Notes: generated by a model not told the origin, from the letters alone. Positions 1-11,333 are shown, numbered from the stretch's first letter. The stretch is 64,000 nucleotides of DNA from Microcoleus sp. (GCA_052279835.1 CP181291.1:1568001-1632000), one strand, 5' to 3'. Numbers and translations: made by a program.

Positions 1-172
1 CTAGAAACTTTTGGGACTAACTGGAACAATCAAGGAGAAAATTAAGTCAACTTCCTCTCAAATGTTTGCGATTATCCCGATTTTGTAAGGGCTTCGCCCC
101 TACGAATATATTTGCCAAACACAGATGTACCCAAATGTTTGGCATTGTCCACTGATTTTGTTTAAATTAATA

Positions 173-1024
173 ATGACTGTCAAAACACGCCAACAGGCTA
201 ACCTATTACTCTTACTATTTCCTGCTACTGCCTGGTTGATAATTTTCTTCATTTTGCCTGTGCTAATTGTACTTTTGTACAGTTTTCTAGAACGTGGAAC
301 CTATGGTGGCGTTACTTGGATATTTACTCTCAGCAACTACCAAGGTTTGTTCAGCGGACTTTTTTGGGGGGTAATTGGTCGATCGCTCTGGCTGGCTTTT
401 CTGACAACTGTGGCTTGTCTTTTAGTTGGCTATCCCCTAGCATTCTTGATTGCTACCCGTTCTCCCCGCTGGCGAAATGCCTTACTTTTGCTCGTAATTA
501 TTCCATTTTGGACTAATTTTTTAGTCCGAACCTACGCCTGGATTATCCTGCTGCGAAGTGAAGGAGTGATTAACACAGCCTTGCAAAATTTGCATATTAT
601 TACCGAACCATTAAATTTGCTATTTACCCCTTTCGCTGTGGCGATCGGTCTAATTTATGGTTATTTACCTTTCATGGTTCTGCCATTGTATTCTAGCATA
701 GAACGATTTAATTTTTCATTAGTAGAAGCCGCTCAAGATTTGGGGGCTAATGATATTCGCACTTTTTGGCGTGTATTTTTGCCTTTGACTACTCGCGGGA
801 TTGTTGCAGGTTCGATTCTGGTTTTTGTCCCCGCCGTTGGTGCTTTCGTTACCCCAGATATATTGGGTGGTTCTAAAACAATGATGGTGGGAAATTTGAT
901 TCAAAATCAATTTTTAAAAGCCCGTGACTGGCCTTTTGGTTCGGCGCTTTCTATGCTATTGACAGTAATAGTATTGATTCCGGTATTGATTTATTTCCGC
1001 CTATCTGATAAAACTGAAAGTTAA
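173..1024 (+). CDS. potB: Spermidine/putrescine ABC transporter permease
   Basis: Hydrophobic ORF with PFWTNFLVRTYAW and EAA loop (EAAQDLGA); first gene of a pot operon; ATG 173 preferred over 125. Confidence 0.9.
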   Translation: MTVKTRQQANLLLLLFPATAWLIIFFILPVLIVLLYSFLERGTYGGVTWIFTLSNYQGLFSGLFWGVIGRSLWLAFLTTVACLLVGYPLAFLIATRSPRWRNALLLLVIIPFWTNFLVRTYAWIILLRSEGVINTALQNLHIITEPLNLLFTPFAVAIGLIYGYLPFMVLPLYSSIERFNFSLVEAAQDLGANDIRTFWRVFLPLTTRGIVAGSILVFVPAVGAFVTPDILGGSKTMMVGNLIQNQFLKARDWPFGSALSMLLTVIVLIPVLIYFRLSDKTES

Positions 1025-1046
1025 CAATTAACTTTTAACTGTTTGC

Positions 1047-1120
1047 TGACCAATGACTAATAACTAATAACCAATGACTAATAACATAACTAATAACTAA
1101 TAACCAATGACTAATGACTA
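1047..1120. repeat. Short tandem heptamer repeats (STRR-type, TAACTAA/TGACTAA)
   Basis: Imperfect 7-mer tandem array between potB and potC. Confidence 0.8.
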
Positions 1121-1968
1121 AACTAGATTTACGTGTTCGGGCGATCGGTAAAAATTGGCTTTGGATACAAGCTACACTAGCATTTGCTTTTCTCTACCTG
1201 CCCATTCTAATCTTAATTATTTACTCCTTCAATACCTCCAAATTTAACTCCATTTGGCGCGGTTTTACCCTCGATTGGTATCGCAGCTTATTCAGCGATG
1301 TCGGTACTCTCGGCATGGCTAGCAGTAGCAGTGCCGGAATTTGGGCAGCACTCAACAACAGCTTACTGATTGCTACTATTTCGACTCTGCTAGCAACAGT
1401 TTTGGGTACAGCCATCGCCCTCGCACTGGAACGCTTTCATTTTCCGGGGCGCAAAGCAGTAGAAACTTTACTGTTTTTGCCGATAATTATGCCCGAAATT
1501 ACGATCGGCATTTCGCTGCTAGTTTTCTTTACCCTAGTATTTCGCATCCTCGAAAATCTAACTGGAATTCGCCTCAATCTCGGTTTACCTACAGTAATTA
1601 TCGGTCATGTTACCTTTAATATTTCATTTGTGACTATTACCGTCAGGGCCCGTTTGGCAGAACTAGATCCGATATTAGAACAAGCAGCTTTTGACTTGGG
1701 TGCTAACGAATGGCGGACTTTTTGGCGGATCACCCTACCTCTAATTTGGCCTAGTATTTTTAGCGCGGCACTGCTAGCTTTTACTTTGTCTCTTGATGAT
1801 TTTGTGGTGACATTTTTTACTACAGGTGTGGGTTCGATGACGCTACCACTATTTGTTTATGGCATGATAAAATTTGCGGTAACACCAGCAATTAATGCGC
1901 TATCCACTTTGATGTTGTTGGCTTCCTTCTTGCTGGTTTTGTCCTCATTGAGAGTGAAAAGAAGTTAA
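1114..1968 (+). CDS. potC: Spermidine/putrescine ABC transporter permease
   Basis: FLYLPI..YSFN start, EQAAFDLGA loop, FTLSLDDF motif. Confidence 0.9.
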   Translation: MTKLDLRVRAIGKNWLWIQATLAFAFLYLPILILIIYSFNTSKFNSIWRGFTLDWYRSLFSDVGTLGMASSSSAGIWAALNNSLLIATISTLLATVLGTAIALALERFHFPGRKAVETLLFLPIIMPEITIGISLLVFFTLVFRILENLTGIRLNLGLPTVIIGHVTFNISFVTITVRARLAELDPILEQAAFDLGANEWRTFWRITLPLIWPSIFSAALLAFTLSLDDFVVTFFTTGVGSMTLPLFVYGMIKFAVTPAINALSTLMLLASFLLVLSSLRVKRS

Positions 1969-2018
1969 AAAAATGCTTTTTGTGTCATAATTAATTTCAC
2001 TTGCCACTAACGAAACCT

Positions 2019-3080
2019 ATGAAACGCCTGCTGACTTTATTATTTTTGTTTATGATTAGTGCCTTAGTGCCTTTTGGGTGTAGCAGCCAAGGTGCTAACC
2101 AGCAACAAGTGCTCAGCATTTACAACTATGCGTCTTATATCGCCCCAGATGCGATCGCCCAATTCGAGAAAGAGAACAATGTCAAGATTCAATACGATAC
2201 TTTCGAGAACAGCGACGCACTTTACGCCAAACTCAAACAGGGAAATCCCGGTTATGATGTCATATTTCCCGCAGATTACATGGTGAAAATCATGGTTAAG
2301 GAAAATTTACTCGAACCACTGAATATTAATAATATCCCTAACCATAAAAACCTCGATGATAAATATATTAATCAAGCCTTTGACCCTGGTAATAAATATT
2401 CTTTGCCCTATCAGTGGGGAACAATGGGCATTGGCTACAATCTCAAAGTAACTAAGGGCGAAATTAATAGTTGGGCATCAATGTTCGACTCGAAATATGC
2501 GGGAAAAATCGCATGGCAAGATGATGCCAGATACACTTTTGCTGGGCTTTTGATTTATTTGGGATTCGATCCAAATACAACTAATCCTGAAGAAATTAAC
2601 AAAGCCCGTGATTTGTTGCTAAAAAATAAAAATTTGATTGCTGCTTTTGTCCCCGATACTGGTCAAATTATGTTAGATCAAGGCGAAGTAAATCTGACAA
2701 TGGAATGGAGTGGCGATATCTTCCAAGTTATGAAAGAGAATCCTAACCTCCGCTATGCTATTCCGAAAGAAGGAACTATTATCTTTTCTGACAATATGGC
2801 TATTCCCAAAGGCGCTGTTCGCAAAGAGTTAGCGGAGAAATTTATTAACTTTATTTTGCAGCCAGAAGTAGGGGCTAAAATTTCTAATTTTACTCATTTT
2901 GGTTCGCCGAATAAAGTAGCGGTAGACAAAGGTTTAATCGACCCGCAAGATTTAAAAAATCCTCAAATATATCCTCAGCCAGAGGTGTTTGCTAAAATGA
3001 AATTCTTGCAGGATGTCGGGAAAGCCACTGCATTGTACGATCGAGCTTGGACTGAAGTGAAAGCAGGTGCAGGGAAATAA
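2019..3080 (+). CDS. potD: Polyamine ABC transporter substrate-binding lipoprotein
   Basis: Lipobox-like VPFGC; YDVIFPADY, YSLPYQWGT, IPKEG motifs of PotD/PotF. Confidence 0.9.
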   Translation: MKRLLTLLFLFMISALVPFGCSSQGANQQQVLSIYNYASYIAPDAIAQFEKENNVKIQYDTFENSDALYAKLKQGNPGYDVIFPADYMVKIMVKENLLEPLNINNIPNHKNLDDKYINQAFDPGNKYSLPYQWGTMGIGYNLKVTKGEINSWASMFDSKYAGKIAWQDDARYTFAGLLIYLGFDPNTTNPEEINKARDLLLKNKNLIAAFVPDTGQIMLDQGEVNLTMEWSGDIFQVMKENPNLRYAIPKEGTIIFSDNMAIPKGAVRKELAEKFINFILQPEVGAKISNFTHFGSPNKVAVDKGLIDPQDLKNPQIYPQPEVFAKMKFLQDVGKATALYDRAWTEVKAGAGK

Positions 3081-3119
3081 AATCATGGGATTGCTCTACT
3101 AGAGGGAATTTTTAACACA

Positions 3120-4208
3120 ATGCACGCCGTAGAACTCCGGGAAATTTCCAAAGTATTTAAAACTGTTCGCAGCGAAGATTTTTTGGCTGTAGATAACATC
3201 AATTTGCAGATTGAAAACAAAGAGTTTTTTTCTTTACTCGGCCCTTCCGGCTGCGGAAAAACTACGACTTTGCGAATGATTGCGGGATTTGAAATGCCGA
3301 CGACGGGGGAAATTTATATTCACGGTGAAGCGATCCACAATCAATTGCCATTTCATCGTCCTGTGAATACAGTATTTCAAAACTATGCTTTGTTTCCACA
3401 CATGACAGTAGCACAAAATGTTGCTTTTGGGTTGGAAATGGAAAATTTATCGAAGCAAATAATTCGCGATCGCCTTGCAGAAGTTTTAAATTTAGTGCAG
3501 TTAAATGATGTAGAAAAACGCTATCCCCGCCAACTTTCAGGGGGACAACAGCAACGAGTAGCATTAGCCAGGGCCTTAGTCAAACAGCCTGCGGTTTTGC
3601 TTTTGGATGAACCTCTGGGGGCGCTGGATTTAAAATTGCGAAAAGAGATGCAATTAGAATTGAAAAAAATTCAGCGCAGGTTGGGGATTACGTTTATTTA
3701 TGTGACTCACGATCAGGAAGAGGCGTTAACGATGTCGGACAGAATTGCGGTGATGGATGGAGGAAAATTGCAACAAGTGGGAACGCCTGTTGAGATTTAT
3801 GAATATCCACAAACGCGGTTTGTTGCTGAGTTTATCGGTGAGAGTAATTTCTTGACTGGCCGTGTTGTGTCCAAGGAAAGTGGTACAATTACAGTGTTAG
3901 TTGACCAACACTTGCCTGTGTTAGTTGCTACCACTGACGAGCTGCCGGCGGGAAAGGTTGTCACCTTGGTTTTACGACCTGAAAAAGCTGCTATTTATCC
4001 GGCTAATTATGAGGCTGAAAATACTTGGCCGGGAACTGTAACAGAGGTGGTTTATATTGGTACTGATACTAGGTATACGGTGCGGTTAACTACGAAAAGC
4101 TCGATCGCGATTCGGAGACAAAATTTACACAGAGATGACTTGCAGCGGCACAAAATGGGCGATCGGGTGCAAGTGGCTGTCTCGCCAGACAGTATTTGTA
4201 TTTTGTGA
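3120..4208 (+). CDS. potA: Polyamine ABC transporter ATP-binding protein
   Basis: Walker [17 protein letters not shown] signature, LLLDEP, C-terminal TOBE-like region. Confidence 0.92.
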   Translation: MHAVELREISKVFKTVRSEDFLAVDNINLQIENKEFFSLLGPSGCGKTTTLRMIAGFEMPTTGEIYIHGEAIHNQLPFHRPVNTVFQNYALFPHMTVAQNVAFGLEMENLSKQIIRDRLAEVLNLVQLNDVEKRYPRQLSGGQQQRVALARALVKQPAVLLLDEPLGALDLKLRKEMQLELKKIQRRLGITFIYVTHDQEEALTMSDRIAVMDGGKLQQVGTPVEIYEYPQTRFVAEFIGESNFLTGRVVSKESGTITVLVDQHLPVLVATTDELPAGKVVTLVLRPEKAAIYPANYEAENTWPGTVTEVVYIGTDTRYTVRLTTKSSIAIRRQNLHRDDLQRHKMGDRVQVAVSPDSICIL

Positions 4209-4284
4209 ATTTTTATAAAAGGTGCGGATAATAGTTTATTTGCCCGCTGTCAAGTTGAACAAAAAATTAGGGAGAAATTGAAAA

Positions 4285-5142
4285 ATGAAAGATACTTTTA
4301 ATGAATTGAAAGAAATTATACAAATACCTAGGGCAACTCCATCTTTTGACAAGCCTCTAATGATTGCTGGCAAAACTTTTCATTCTCGTTTAATGACTGG
4401 TACGGGAAAATATCGCAGCATTGCAGAAATGCAGCAAAGTGTCAATGCTAGTAGGTGTGAAATTGTGACTGTGGCTGTGCGGCGCGTGCAAACCAATGCT
4501 CCCGGTCATGAAGGATTGGCGGAAGCTCTGGATTGGACTAAAATTTGGATGCTGCCCAATACTGCGGGTTGTCAAACTGCGGATGAGGCGATTAGGGTGG
4601 CTCGTTTGGGTAGGGAAATGGCGAAGCTTTTGGGCCAGGAAGATAATAATTTTGTGAAGTTAGAAGTAATTCCTGATGCTAAATATTTGCTGCCAGATCC
4701 GATCGGCACTTTGGAAGCAGCAGAAAAATTAGTCAAGGAAGGTTTTGCTGTTTTGCCTTACATCAATGCCGATCCCCTGTTGGCAAAACGCCTAGAAGAA
4801 GTTGGTTGTGCGACTGTGATGCCTTTAGGTTCCCCCATCGGTTCGGGACAAGGAATCAACAATGCTGCCAATATTCAAATAATTATTGACACGGTAAAGA
4901 TTCCTGTGGTGGTGGATGCGGGGATCGGGACACCTAGTGAAGCTGCACAAGCAATGGAAATGGGGGCTGATGCACTGTTAATTAATTCGGCGATCGCCAA
5001 TGCCCAAAATTCTCCAGCAATGGCAAAAGCAATGGGAATGGCGGCGGAAGCAGGGCGTTTAGCGTACTTAGCAGGTAGAATGCCGATCAAAGATTATGCG
5101 ATCGCTTCTTCTCCCCAAACAGGTACTGTCACCTCAAAATAA
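4285..5142 (+). CDS. thiG: Thiazole synthase
   Basis: [34 protein letters not shown] motifs. Confidence 0.95.
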   Translation: MKDTFNELKEIIQIPRATPSFDKPLMIAGKTFHSRLMTGTGKYRSIAEMQQSVNASRCEIVTVAVRRVQTNAPGHEGLAEALDWTKIWMLPNTAGCQTADEAIRVARLGREMAKLLGQEDNNFVKLEVIPDAKYLLPDPIGTLEAAEKLVKEGFAVLPYINADPLLAKRLEEVGCATVMPLGSPIGSGQGINNAANIQIIIDTVKIPVVVDAGIGTPSEAAQAMEMGADALLINSAIANAQNSPAMAKAMGMAAEAGRLAYLAGRMPIKDYAIASSPQTGTVTSK

Positions 5143-5211
5143 ATTCTTGAATTTTCGTGGGTAGTTTTTTGGTAAAGTTGTAAACATCAAAAATACTAAG
5201 GATTGTGACTA

Positions 5212-5379
5212 ATGCCTTACATCAAGGACGACGATGGACGCTTGAACAACTTTGCTAAAGAGCCAAAGGTGTATGAAGCCGTACCTCCCGACAACAACCA
5301 GCAACGAAACTACATCATCATGGGTATTGCCGCGGCGATGTTAGTTGCAGGTTTGGTGTTTGTGGCTGCTTCTGTCTAG
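5212..5379 (+). CDS. psb34: Photosystem II assembly factor Psb34 (Ssl1498 family), 55 aa, absent from ORF track
   Basis: Hand translation MPYIKDDDGRLNNFAKEPKVYEA... followed by one C-terminal TM helix; GRLNNFAxEP is the family motif. Confidence 0.8.
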   Translation: MPYIKDDDGRLNNFAKEPKVYEAVPPDNNQQRNYIIMGIAAAMLVAGLVFVAASV

Positions 5380-5434
5380 AAACAGGGCTGAGATTCAAAG
5401 CTGATTCAAATCCCGATTTTAAATAACTGTTGAG

Positions 5435-5470
5435 AAAACCATGTTTCCCTACAAATGGAAACATGGTTTT
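5435..5470 (+). terminator. Intrinsic terminator-like hairpin
   Basis: AAAACCATGTTTCC-8nt-GGAAACATGGTTTT perfect inverted repeat downstream of psb34. Confidence 0.65.
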
Positions 5471-5837
5471 TGTGCTTCAATAACAAGCAGGAAGCGCTAA
5501 AAGTCCTGAGTAACGCGACGCGAGCTGAAAGACTACATAAGACCAAAAGCATTAGAAACTAAAAAATCAGGAGGGTGCATCTGTGTTTTGCAAATATATT
5601 CCTAGGGGCGAAGCATTCCGGCTGTAAATCTCTGGTTATCACTAATAAATTGTCTACGGTCATGCGAGAGCATCGTACAAAATCTGGGTGCTCCCAATCA
5701 GGACGGGGTTGGGACTTGAATTTTCGGTCAAAAATATACAATAGCTAGTTGAAAATCTACCCTAAACAAGCTCCCAGATTTACCTGTGGGCATAAATCTA
5801 AAATCTACAATCTAAAATCTAAAATCGCCAGACTCTG

Positions 5838-8048
5838 ATGTCTATTCCTTCCCAAAAAGTTTCTAGCTCAAACAAGCTGATTTACCAACGCTTGAAACAG
5901 GCACTTGAACTGAATTTGCGCCGTCAAATTTTTATCGCCGCCTGCGATGACTTGTGCTTGCGGGACTGTCTAGCAGCCCGCTTAGAGGCAGAATTGACTG
6001 CCACAGCCACCGGCGACATATTTCGATCGCCGATCGCATATCCGCGATTTGTCAGCTTGCAACTCAACCTGGGCGATCCGAATCCTTGGGGTGCGATCGC
6101 CGCATGGTTGACCGAAAATCCACCGCCCCAAAATTCGCGCAGCTACAGCCCCTTACCGGGATTTCAAATTTTGGGAGCCGAACACCTGACTCGGCACTCA
6201 GCGGCCGTCCAGTGGTCTTTCCTGAGCCATTTGAGAGACATCGAAACACACCTGCAAGTGTGGGAGTCCACTCTGTTACTGTGGGTGTCGCGACCTTGGC
6301 TGAGTTCGATCGAACAGTCAGCCCCGGAATTTTGGCACTGGCGAACCGGAGTATTTGAGTTTGAAGGAGAACCAACACCATCCCCCCGCCATTGGGACTT
6401 CGGAGATCGGCTGGAATTGGGCGAGGAATTTTTAAGTTCCCAGTCTGGAGAATCCCAAGTTTCCAGTTCCCTATCTCCTGTTACAAATTCCCCCTTAGTA
6501 ACTCCCAATTCTCCATCCCCAACATCAAACTCTGAGTCTATTGAACTAGCAGATTTAGCGCTACCAACATCGGCCCAGGAGTTGACCACTTATAATCGGG
6601 CCGCCGACGCGGAAAATGTGCAGCAGTTGCAAACTCTGCAATACATCGAACTGTTGCAAGAAAATCAATGTTCCTCCGAATCCTTGGCTTTGGCTTATCA
6701 ATGTTTGGGGAATTTCTACCGCGATCGCATTCAAGCCGGAGACGCTTCTTGGCAAAACTTAACCATTGCCATTGGTGCGATCGAACAAGTGATTCAATAC
6801 CTACAAATAGATCGCCACGAACACCAAAATCAACCACCAAATCCCAAATGCACGCTACTAATTGACGAATTTACACACCACTTAAGTCAATATATTCAGG
6901 AGTCAAATAACCTACTACCAATTTCCGATTTGTGCAACGACCTCGGCACTCTCTACTGGATGTTATCTCGCCTGCAACCAAGCTATACCGAAGCAAATGG
7001 CACCGAGGAACCCACGACTGTAGATCCAGTATTTTGCTTGTTTCGCAGCATCGGCCTCTACCGAGAAGGTTTAAACAAAAAAGATGGGTCTTTGACACTG
7101 CAAACCCGTGCCCGATTAAACAAAAATTTGGGCATCGCCTTGGCTGATTTAGCTCGCTATCAAGACAAAACCGAAAACTTGCAGCAAGCAGTTACAGCCT
7201 ACCAGCAAGCGCTGTTGGATATTGACTCCCGGACGGAACCTCAACAGTATGCAGCGGCTCAGAATAATTTGGCGACAGCATACTGGAGTTTAGCTCAAGA
7301 TGGTCAGCCGATCGTCTACCTCAAAAGTGCGATCGCCGCTTACTCCCAGGCCTTGACCTGCTACAATCCATCTACAGAACCCCTCAACTATGCAGGAGTG
7401 CAAAACAACATTGGTACGGCGTGCTGGAACCTCGCCCAGCATCAACCGGAAGAAATTCTGCTGGTAAGGGCGATCGCGGCCTATCGCGAAGCCTTAAAAT
7501 ACCGCACCAGAGAATTAGTCCCCGCCGCCGCTGCCGCCACTCAAAACAATCTCGGTACAGCTTATTGGCATTTGGCCAACCACTTCCAGCAACAACGCGC
7601 TCGGACAGAATCCTTGCAGCAGGCAATTTTAGCCTACGAAACTGCCCTGGATATCGCCTCGCAGCTCGATCGCACCCAACTCACCTTTGACACCTTAGCC
7701 GCTCGCAGCAATCTGGGACTAGCCCACTATCAACTAGCTACAGATCCTGATTTCGCGGCCAACAAAGCCGCACAGACACAACATTTAGAAGCAGCGCTGC
7801 ACCACCAGTTACAAGTTTGCGCCGCCTGGGAACAGCATCTTCAGGACAAAGAGTTAACATATGGAGATAAACTAAATTTACAGCCCGACGATGCCAACTC
7901 CCAAGCGATCGATGGTCGGCAAACAGCTTTGAGCTATATTGTCAAAACGATTAGAGCTTTCTATAGTGAATGTGGGCTGCCCGGCCAAAACTTAGCCTTA
8001 TCCAAAGTTCCAGGAGATTTGTTGCCGGAAATTTTGCGTAGGTTATAA
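5838..8048 (+). CDS. TPR-repeat protein
   Basis: Repeated YAxxQNNLGxAYW helices in the C-terminal half; N-terminal APEFWHWR motif. Confidence 0.8.
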   Translation: MSIPSQKVSSSNKLIYQRLKQALELNLRRQIFIAACDDLCLRDCLAARLEAELTATATGDIFRSPIAYPRFVSLQLNLGDPNPWGAIAAWLTENPPPQNSRSYSPLPGFQILGAEHLTRHSAAVQWSFLSHLRDIETHLQVWESTLLLWVSRPWLSSIEQSAPEFWHWRTGVFEFEGEPTPSPRHWDFGDRLELGEEFLSSQSGESQVSSSLSPVTNSPLVTPNSPSPTSNSESIELADLALPTSAQELTTYNRAADAENVQQLQTLQYIELLQENQCSSESLALAYQCLGNFYRDRIQAGDASWQNLTIAIGAIEQVIQYLQIDRHEHQNQPPNPKCTLLIDEFTHHLSQYIQESNNLLPISDLCNDLGTLYWMLSRLQPSYTEANGTEEPTTVDPVFCLFRSIGLYREGLNKKDGSLTLQTRARLNKNLGIALADLARYQDKTENLQQAVTAYQQALLDIDSRTEPQQYAAAQNNLATAYWSLAQDGQPIVYLKSAIAAYSQALTCYNPSTEPLNYAGVQNNIGTACWNLAQHQPEEILLVRAIAAYREALKYRTRELVPAAAAATQNNLGTAYWHLANHFQQQRARTESLQQAILAYETALDIASQLDRTQLTFDTLAARSNLGLAHYQLATDPDFAANKAAQTQHLEAALHHQLQVCAAWEQHLQDKELTYGDKLNLQPDDANSQAIDGRQTALSYIVKTIRAFYSECGLPGQNLALSKVPGDLLPEILRRL

Positions 8049-8135
8049 CTATTAAAAGCTGAATTGTTCCCAGATATGTATCCAGTTTTCTATTATTATG
8101 GTTAAACATTCTGCCCTAATTATTCAACCAAAATT

Positions 8136-8840
8136 GTGGTCATGACCCCAGAAAAAATCCTTGTGGTTGATGACGACCCGGCAATCCGAAATTTAATTCA
8201 CCGTTTTTTAAGTCAGCAAGGTTATCAAGTTGAGTCTGGCGAGGACGGTCACACTGGTATGGAATTATTCAAGCAATTTAATCCTAAATTAGTGATTTTG
8301 GATGTAAATTTACCAGATACCACCGGCTACAGTTTGTGTAAACAAATGCAAAAGGAGACGGGCGTTTTTGTAGTCATGCTAACTAGCCGTACCGATGAAA
8401 ATGACAAGGTGATAGCCTTTGATTGCGGTGCCGACGACTACATTACTAAACCTTTTAGTCTCGTAGAGATTAAAATTCGCGTCGCAGCTCTTTTAAGGCG
8501 GTTGCGCCAGCAAAAAAATTCAGAAGAACCTGAAAGCCGTGTCTTCGGAAAGCTGGTTATAGATCCCTTAAGTCGCGAGGTGACTCTGGGTGGTCAAACA
8601 GTTGCTTTGACTGCACTGGAATTCGATTTGCTCTACTGTTTGGCCAGCAAACCAGGTCGCGTCTGGAGGCGTGCGGAATTGCTGCAAGAAGTCTGGGACT
8701 ATGAGTATGTAGGAGCCGATCGCGTAGTCGATGTCCATATCGGTCAAATTCGTCGCAAAATCGAACCCGATAGCAATCAAAATTCCATGATTCAAACTGT
8801 GCGGGGCGTGGGCTACAAATTTGTTGAGACAACTAGCTAG
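8136..8840 (+). CDS. OmpR-family response regulator
   Basis: Receiver domain (ILVVDDD, LDVNLP, KPF) plus winged helix (VDVHIGQIRRKIE, TVRGVGY). Confidence 0.92.
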   Translation: MVMTPEKILVVDDDPAIRNLIHRFLSQQGYQVESGEDGHTGMELFKQFNPKLVILDVNLPDTTGYSLCKQMQKETGVFVVMLTSRTDENDKVIAFDCGADDYITKPFSLVEIKIRVAALLRRLRQQKNSEEPESRVFGKLVIDPLSREVTLGGQTVALTALEFDLLYCLASKPGRVWRRAELLQEVWDYEYVGADRVVDVHIGQIRRKIEPDSNQNSMIQTVRGVGYKFVETTS

Positions 8841-8916
8841 AAAGTGTCAAGACCCCCGAATTCCTCCGTGGGGTCTGTTTCTTCACCCAAACCCCCAATC
8901 CAAAATCTTCAATCCC

Positions 8917-10362
8917 TTAGCGTGTTTCTTGTAAATATTTGCTAACTTCGATCGCCCTTTCCAAACCCAGTCGCACACAATCTCCCAAAGCCACCCCGCC
9001 AACGTAATTACTAGACAAATACATCCCTGGCAAAGATTTTAAGCCTCGATCTATCTGTTTGAGGCGATCGAGATGCCCCAAATTATACTGAGGAATCGCC
9101 TGTTTCCAGAGTTTCACCGCCAACACCTTCGGCTGTGGCACATTCGGTTTCAGCAATATGCGAGACAAATCTCGATGCACCTCGGCCACAATTTCTTCGG
9201 GGTCAAGATTGCCAATACCCGAATCCGTAGCCCCACCGATGTAACTCGTCAGAGTTTGCCAACCCGCCGGCGCGCGCGAGGCAAATAAACTGGAAGTCCA
9301 AATCGTTCCCAGAGTGCGAATTCCCTGCCCCCTCGGAATTAAATTTCCAAATCCCACCAATTTACCCTTGACATCCGACATCGGATATGCTAATACAACA
9401 CAGGCAACAGTAGGGTAAGTAAAAGCTTGTAAAGTGCTGCTAACTTCCGGTTGCAGAGATTGCAACAAATCCGCAGCCACATAAGCAGGCGTTGTCAGCA
9501 CCACAGTCCGAGTCTCAATTTGTTGCGGCCCATCGGGGGTAGAGAATTCCGCAATATAAGTTTTATTTTCAGTACGGTGCAAACCTGTCAGATGCCAATT
9601 CAGTTTCAGGCGATCGCCCAAAGAAGCAGCGATCGCCTCTGGCAGAGCCTTCAGCCCCCCTTTAAACGAACCCAGCTCCCCCGGCTTAGTCTGAGGAATA
9701 TTCGGGTCTGGGGGCATTTTTTTCGGCCGTTTCTTGGCAGAAAGCAGCGCCCCGGCCACCAGCCCGCCACCAGCATCAGCCATCTTTGTCACCCGGCCAA
9801 AAGCCGCCGCCGCGCTAAGTTGTTGAGGATCGCCGGCATAAACCCCAGACACAAAGGGCTCCACCAATCGCTGCATCACTTCCGTACCCAGATGTCGCCG
9901 GAAAAATTGAGAAACAGTTTCCTCCTCACCCTGCTGCGAAAGTGTAGCACCCATTGCTGGAGCCACAAACCCCAAAGCCCCGAACAGAGCCCGCAGTTTC
10001 CCCGGAAAACTCAGCAACCGAGACTGAATCATCGCCCCAGGAGTCATCGGCACAGGTTGCAGCTTATTTTGCCAATATACAAAACGAGGCAATTGGCGAT
10101 CGGCAAAAATCAACTCCTGCTTCAGCCCCACATCCACAGCCAACTTCATCAATTCCGGCGTCGGCGAAAAACTATTCGGGCCCTCCTCCCACAGAAACCC
10201 ATGCCCTGTAGAAGTAGTGATATTCCCGCCCACACGTCCCTGACTCTCAGCAACTAAAATCTTCAGGGGAGTTCCAGTCTTTGCTTCCTTGTGCAGTGCG
10301 TGGGCCAGACTCAAGCCGGTAATACCAGCACCCACAATCAAGGTGTCTACTCGGTTTGTCAT
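8917..10362 (-). CDS. hemY: Protoporphyrinogen oxidase (HemY type)
   Basis: FAD motif GAGITG, WEEGPNSF, EPFVSGVYAGD, AIPQY. Confidence 0.92.
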   Translation of the reverse strand: MTNRVDTLIVGAGITGLSLAHALHKEAKTGTPLKILVAESQGRVGGNITTSTGHGFLWEEGPNSFSPTPELMKLAVDVGLKQELIFADRQLPRFVYWQNKLQPVPMTPGAMIQSRLLSFPGKLRALFGALGFVAPAMGATLSQQGEEETVSQFFRRHLGTEVMQRLVEPFVSGVYAGDPQQLSAAAAFGRVTKMADAGGGLVAGALLSAKKRPKKMPPDPNIPQTKPGELGSFKGGLKALPEAIAASLGDRLKLNWHLTGLHRTENKTYIAEFSTPDGPQQIETRTVVLTTPAYVAADLLQSLQPEVSSTLQAFTYPTVACVVLAYPMSDVKGKLVGFGNLIPRGQGIRTLGTIWTSSLFASRAPAGWQTLTSYIGGATDSGIGNLDPEEIVAEVHRDLSRILLKPNVPQPKVLAVKLWKQAIPQYNLGHLDRLKQIDRGLKSLPGMYLSSNYVGGVALGDCVRLGLERAIEVSKYLQETR

Positions 10363-10530
10363 TGGTAAATGCTAATTGGTAACTACTAATTGTTGACATA
10401 CTCCGTCAGTCAACCTCAGAAAATCGTCAACTTACTCAGAGAACCATTTTAGCGTAATCGATGAAGACGCTTAGGGAAGTTTAGATATTGACATACTCAC
10501 CGGCAGATGAGCGCGGTGATTCTTGACGCT

Positions 10531-11108
10531 TCACCGACTGACACTACCAAAGGTAGTCTTACTCTGTCTCTGCGTCCGTTTACAGTCGTGGCAATGCCCT
10601 GTCCCGACTTTGTTTATATTTTTGGCTGCGTTCTCATCTCGATCGTGTTCGGTTCCGCAATTATGACACTGAACAGATCGGATTTTTAGATCGAGTTTGC
10701 CCCATCTAAAACCACAATCTGAGCAAATTTGGCTTGTAGGTTCCCAACGACTGATTACCCTAAAATCCCTACCAAATTTTTCCGACTTTCCCTCGCACAA
10801 CGATCGGAACTCATACCATCCTTGCTGGCTAATCGCCCTAGCAAGTCTGCGGTTTTTTACCATTCCCGATACGTTCAAGTCTTCTAAAACAATAGTTTGA
10901 TTTTCACTAACTATTTTAGTAGACAGTTTGTGCAACAAGTCTTTACGAGTGTCTGCAATTTGATTGTGTAATTTGGCTATCTGGGTTCGAGTTTTGTTTC
11001 TACGTTTGGAGTCCTTCTGTTGACGAGCTAGTTTTTTCTGAAGTTGGCGGATTTTCCGATCTAGTTTTTTGTAGCTAGGACTTTCGGCTCGCTCGCCATT
11101 GCTCATCA
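10531..11108 (-). pseudogene. tnpB: 5'-truncated TnpB (RuvC/Zn-ribbon half)
   Basis: IVLEDL, SQICSDCG...CHNCG, HDRDENAAKNI; N-terminal half missing at the MITE junction. Confidence 0.85.
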
Positions 11109-11231
11109 GGCTCTCTCGGATATTTGGTGATAAGTAATGCTTATGACTTAGCAAAATCAAGGGTTTGAGCTTTCACGATTAAGAAATTTAGTATTGATTG
11201 CTACATTTTTCACCAAATATCCGAGAGAGCC
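11109..11231. mobile_element. MITE, 123 bp, with 22-bp perfect terminal inverted repeats
   Basis: GGCTCTCTCGGATATTTGGTGA (11109-11130) and TCACCAAATATCCGAGAGAGCC (11210-11231); GGCTCT ends resemble the ISL3 family. Confidence 0.8.
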
Positions 11232-11333
11232 AAGCCGTCCTAAAAGGACGGGGCTTGTATCCCATCCTTTTGGTCAGCAGTTTCAACCCAATTTTCTGGT
11301 AAGTGCCAAGCCAAATCAGAGATGTTAAGCGTG

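Larger units (their letters stand above)
10488..11257 (-). mobile_element. Internally deleted IS200/IS605-family element
   Basis: Right-end-like sequence on the minus strand (AAGAATCACCGCG...GGTGAGTATGTCAA, ending 10488), tnpB 3' half, and an end-like hairpin at 11231-11257. Confidence 0.65.

Noticed and set aside
9451..10257. 268-aa ORF antisense to hemY and other shadow ORFs inside housekeeping genes
   Set aside because: Fully overlap well-supported genes and carry no recognisable motifs
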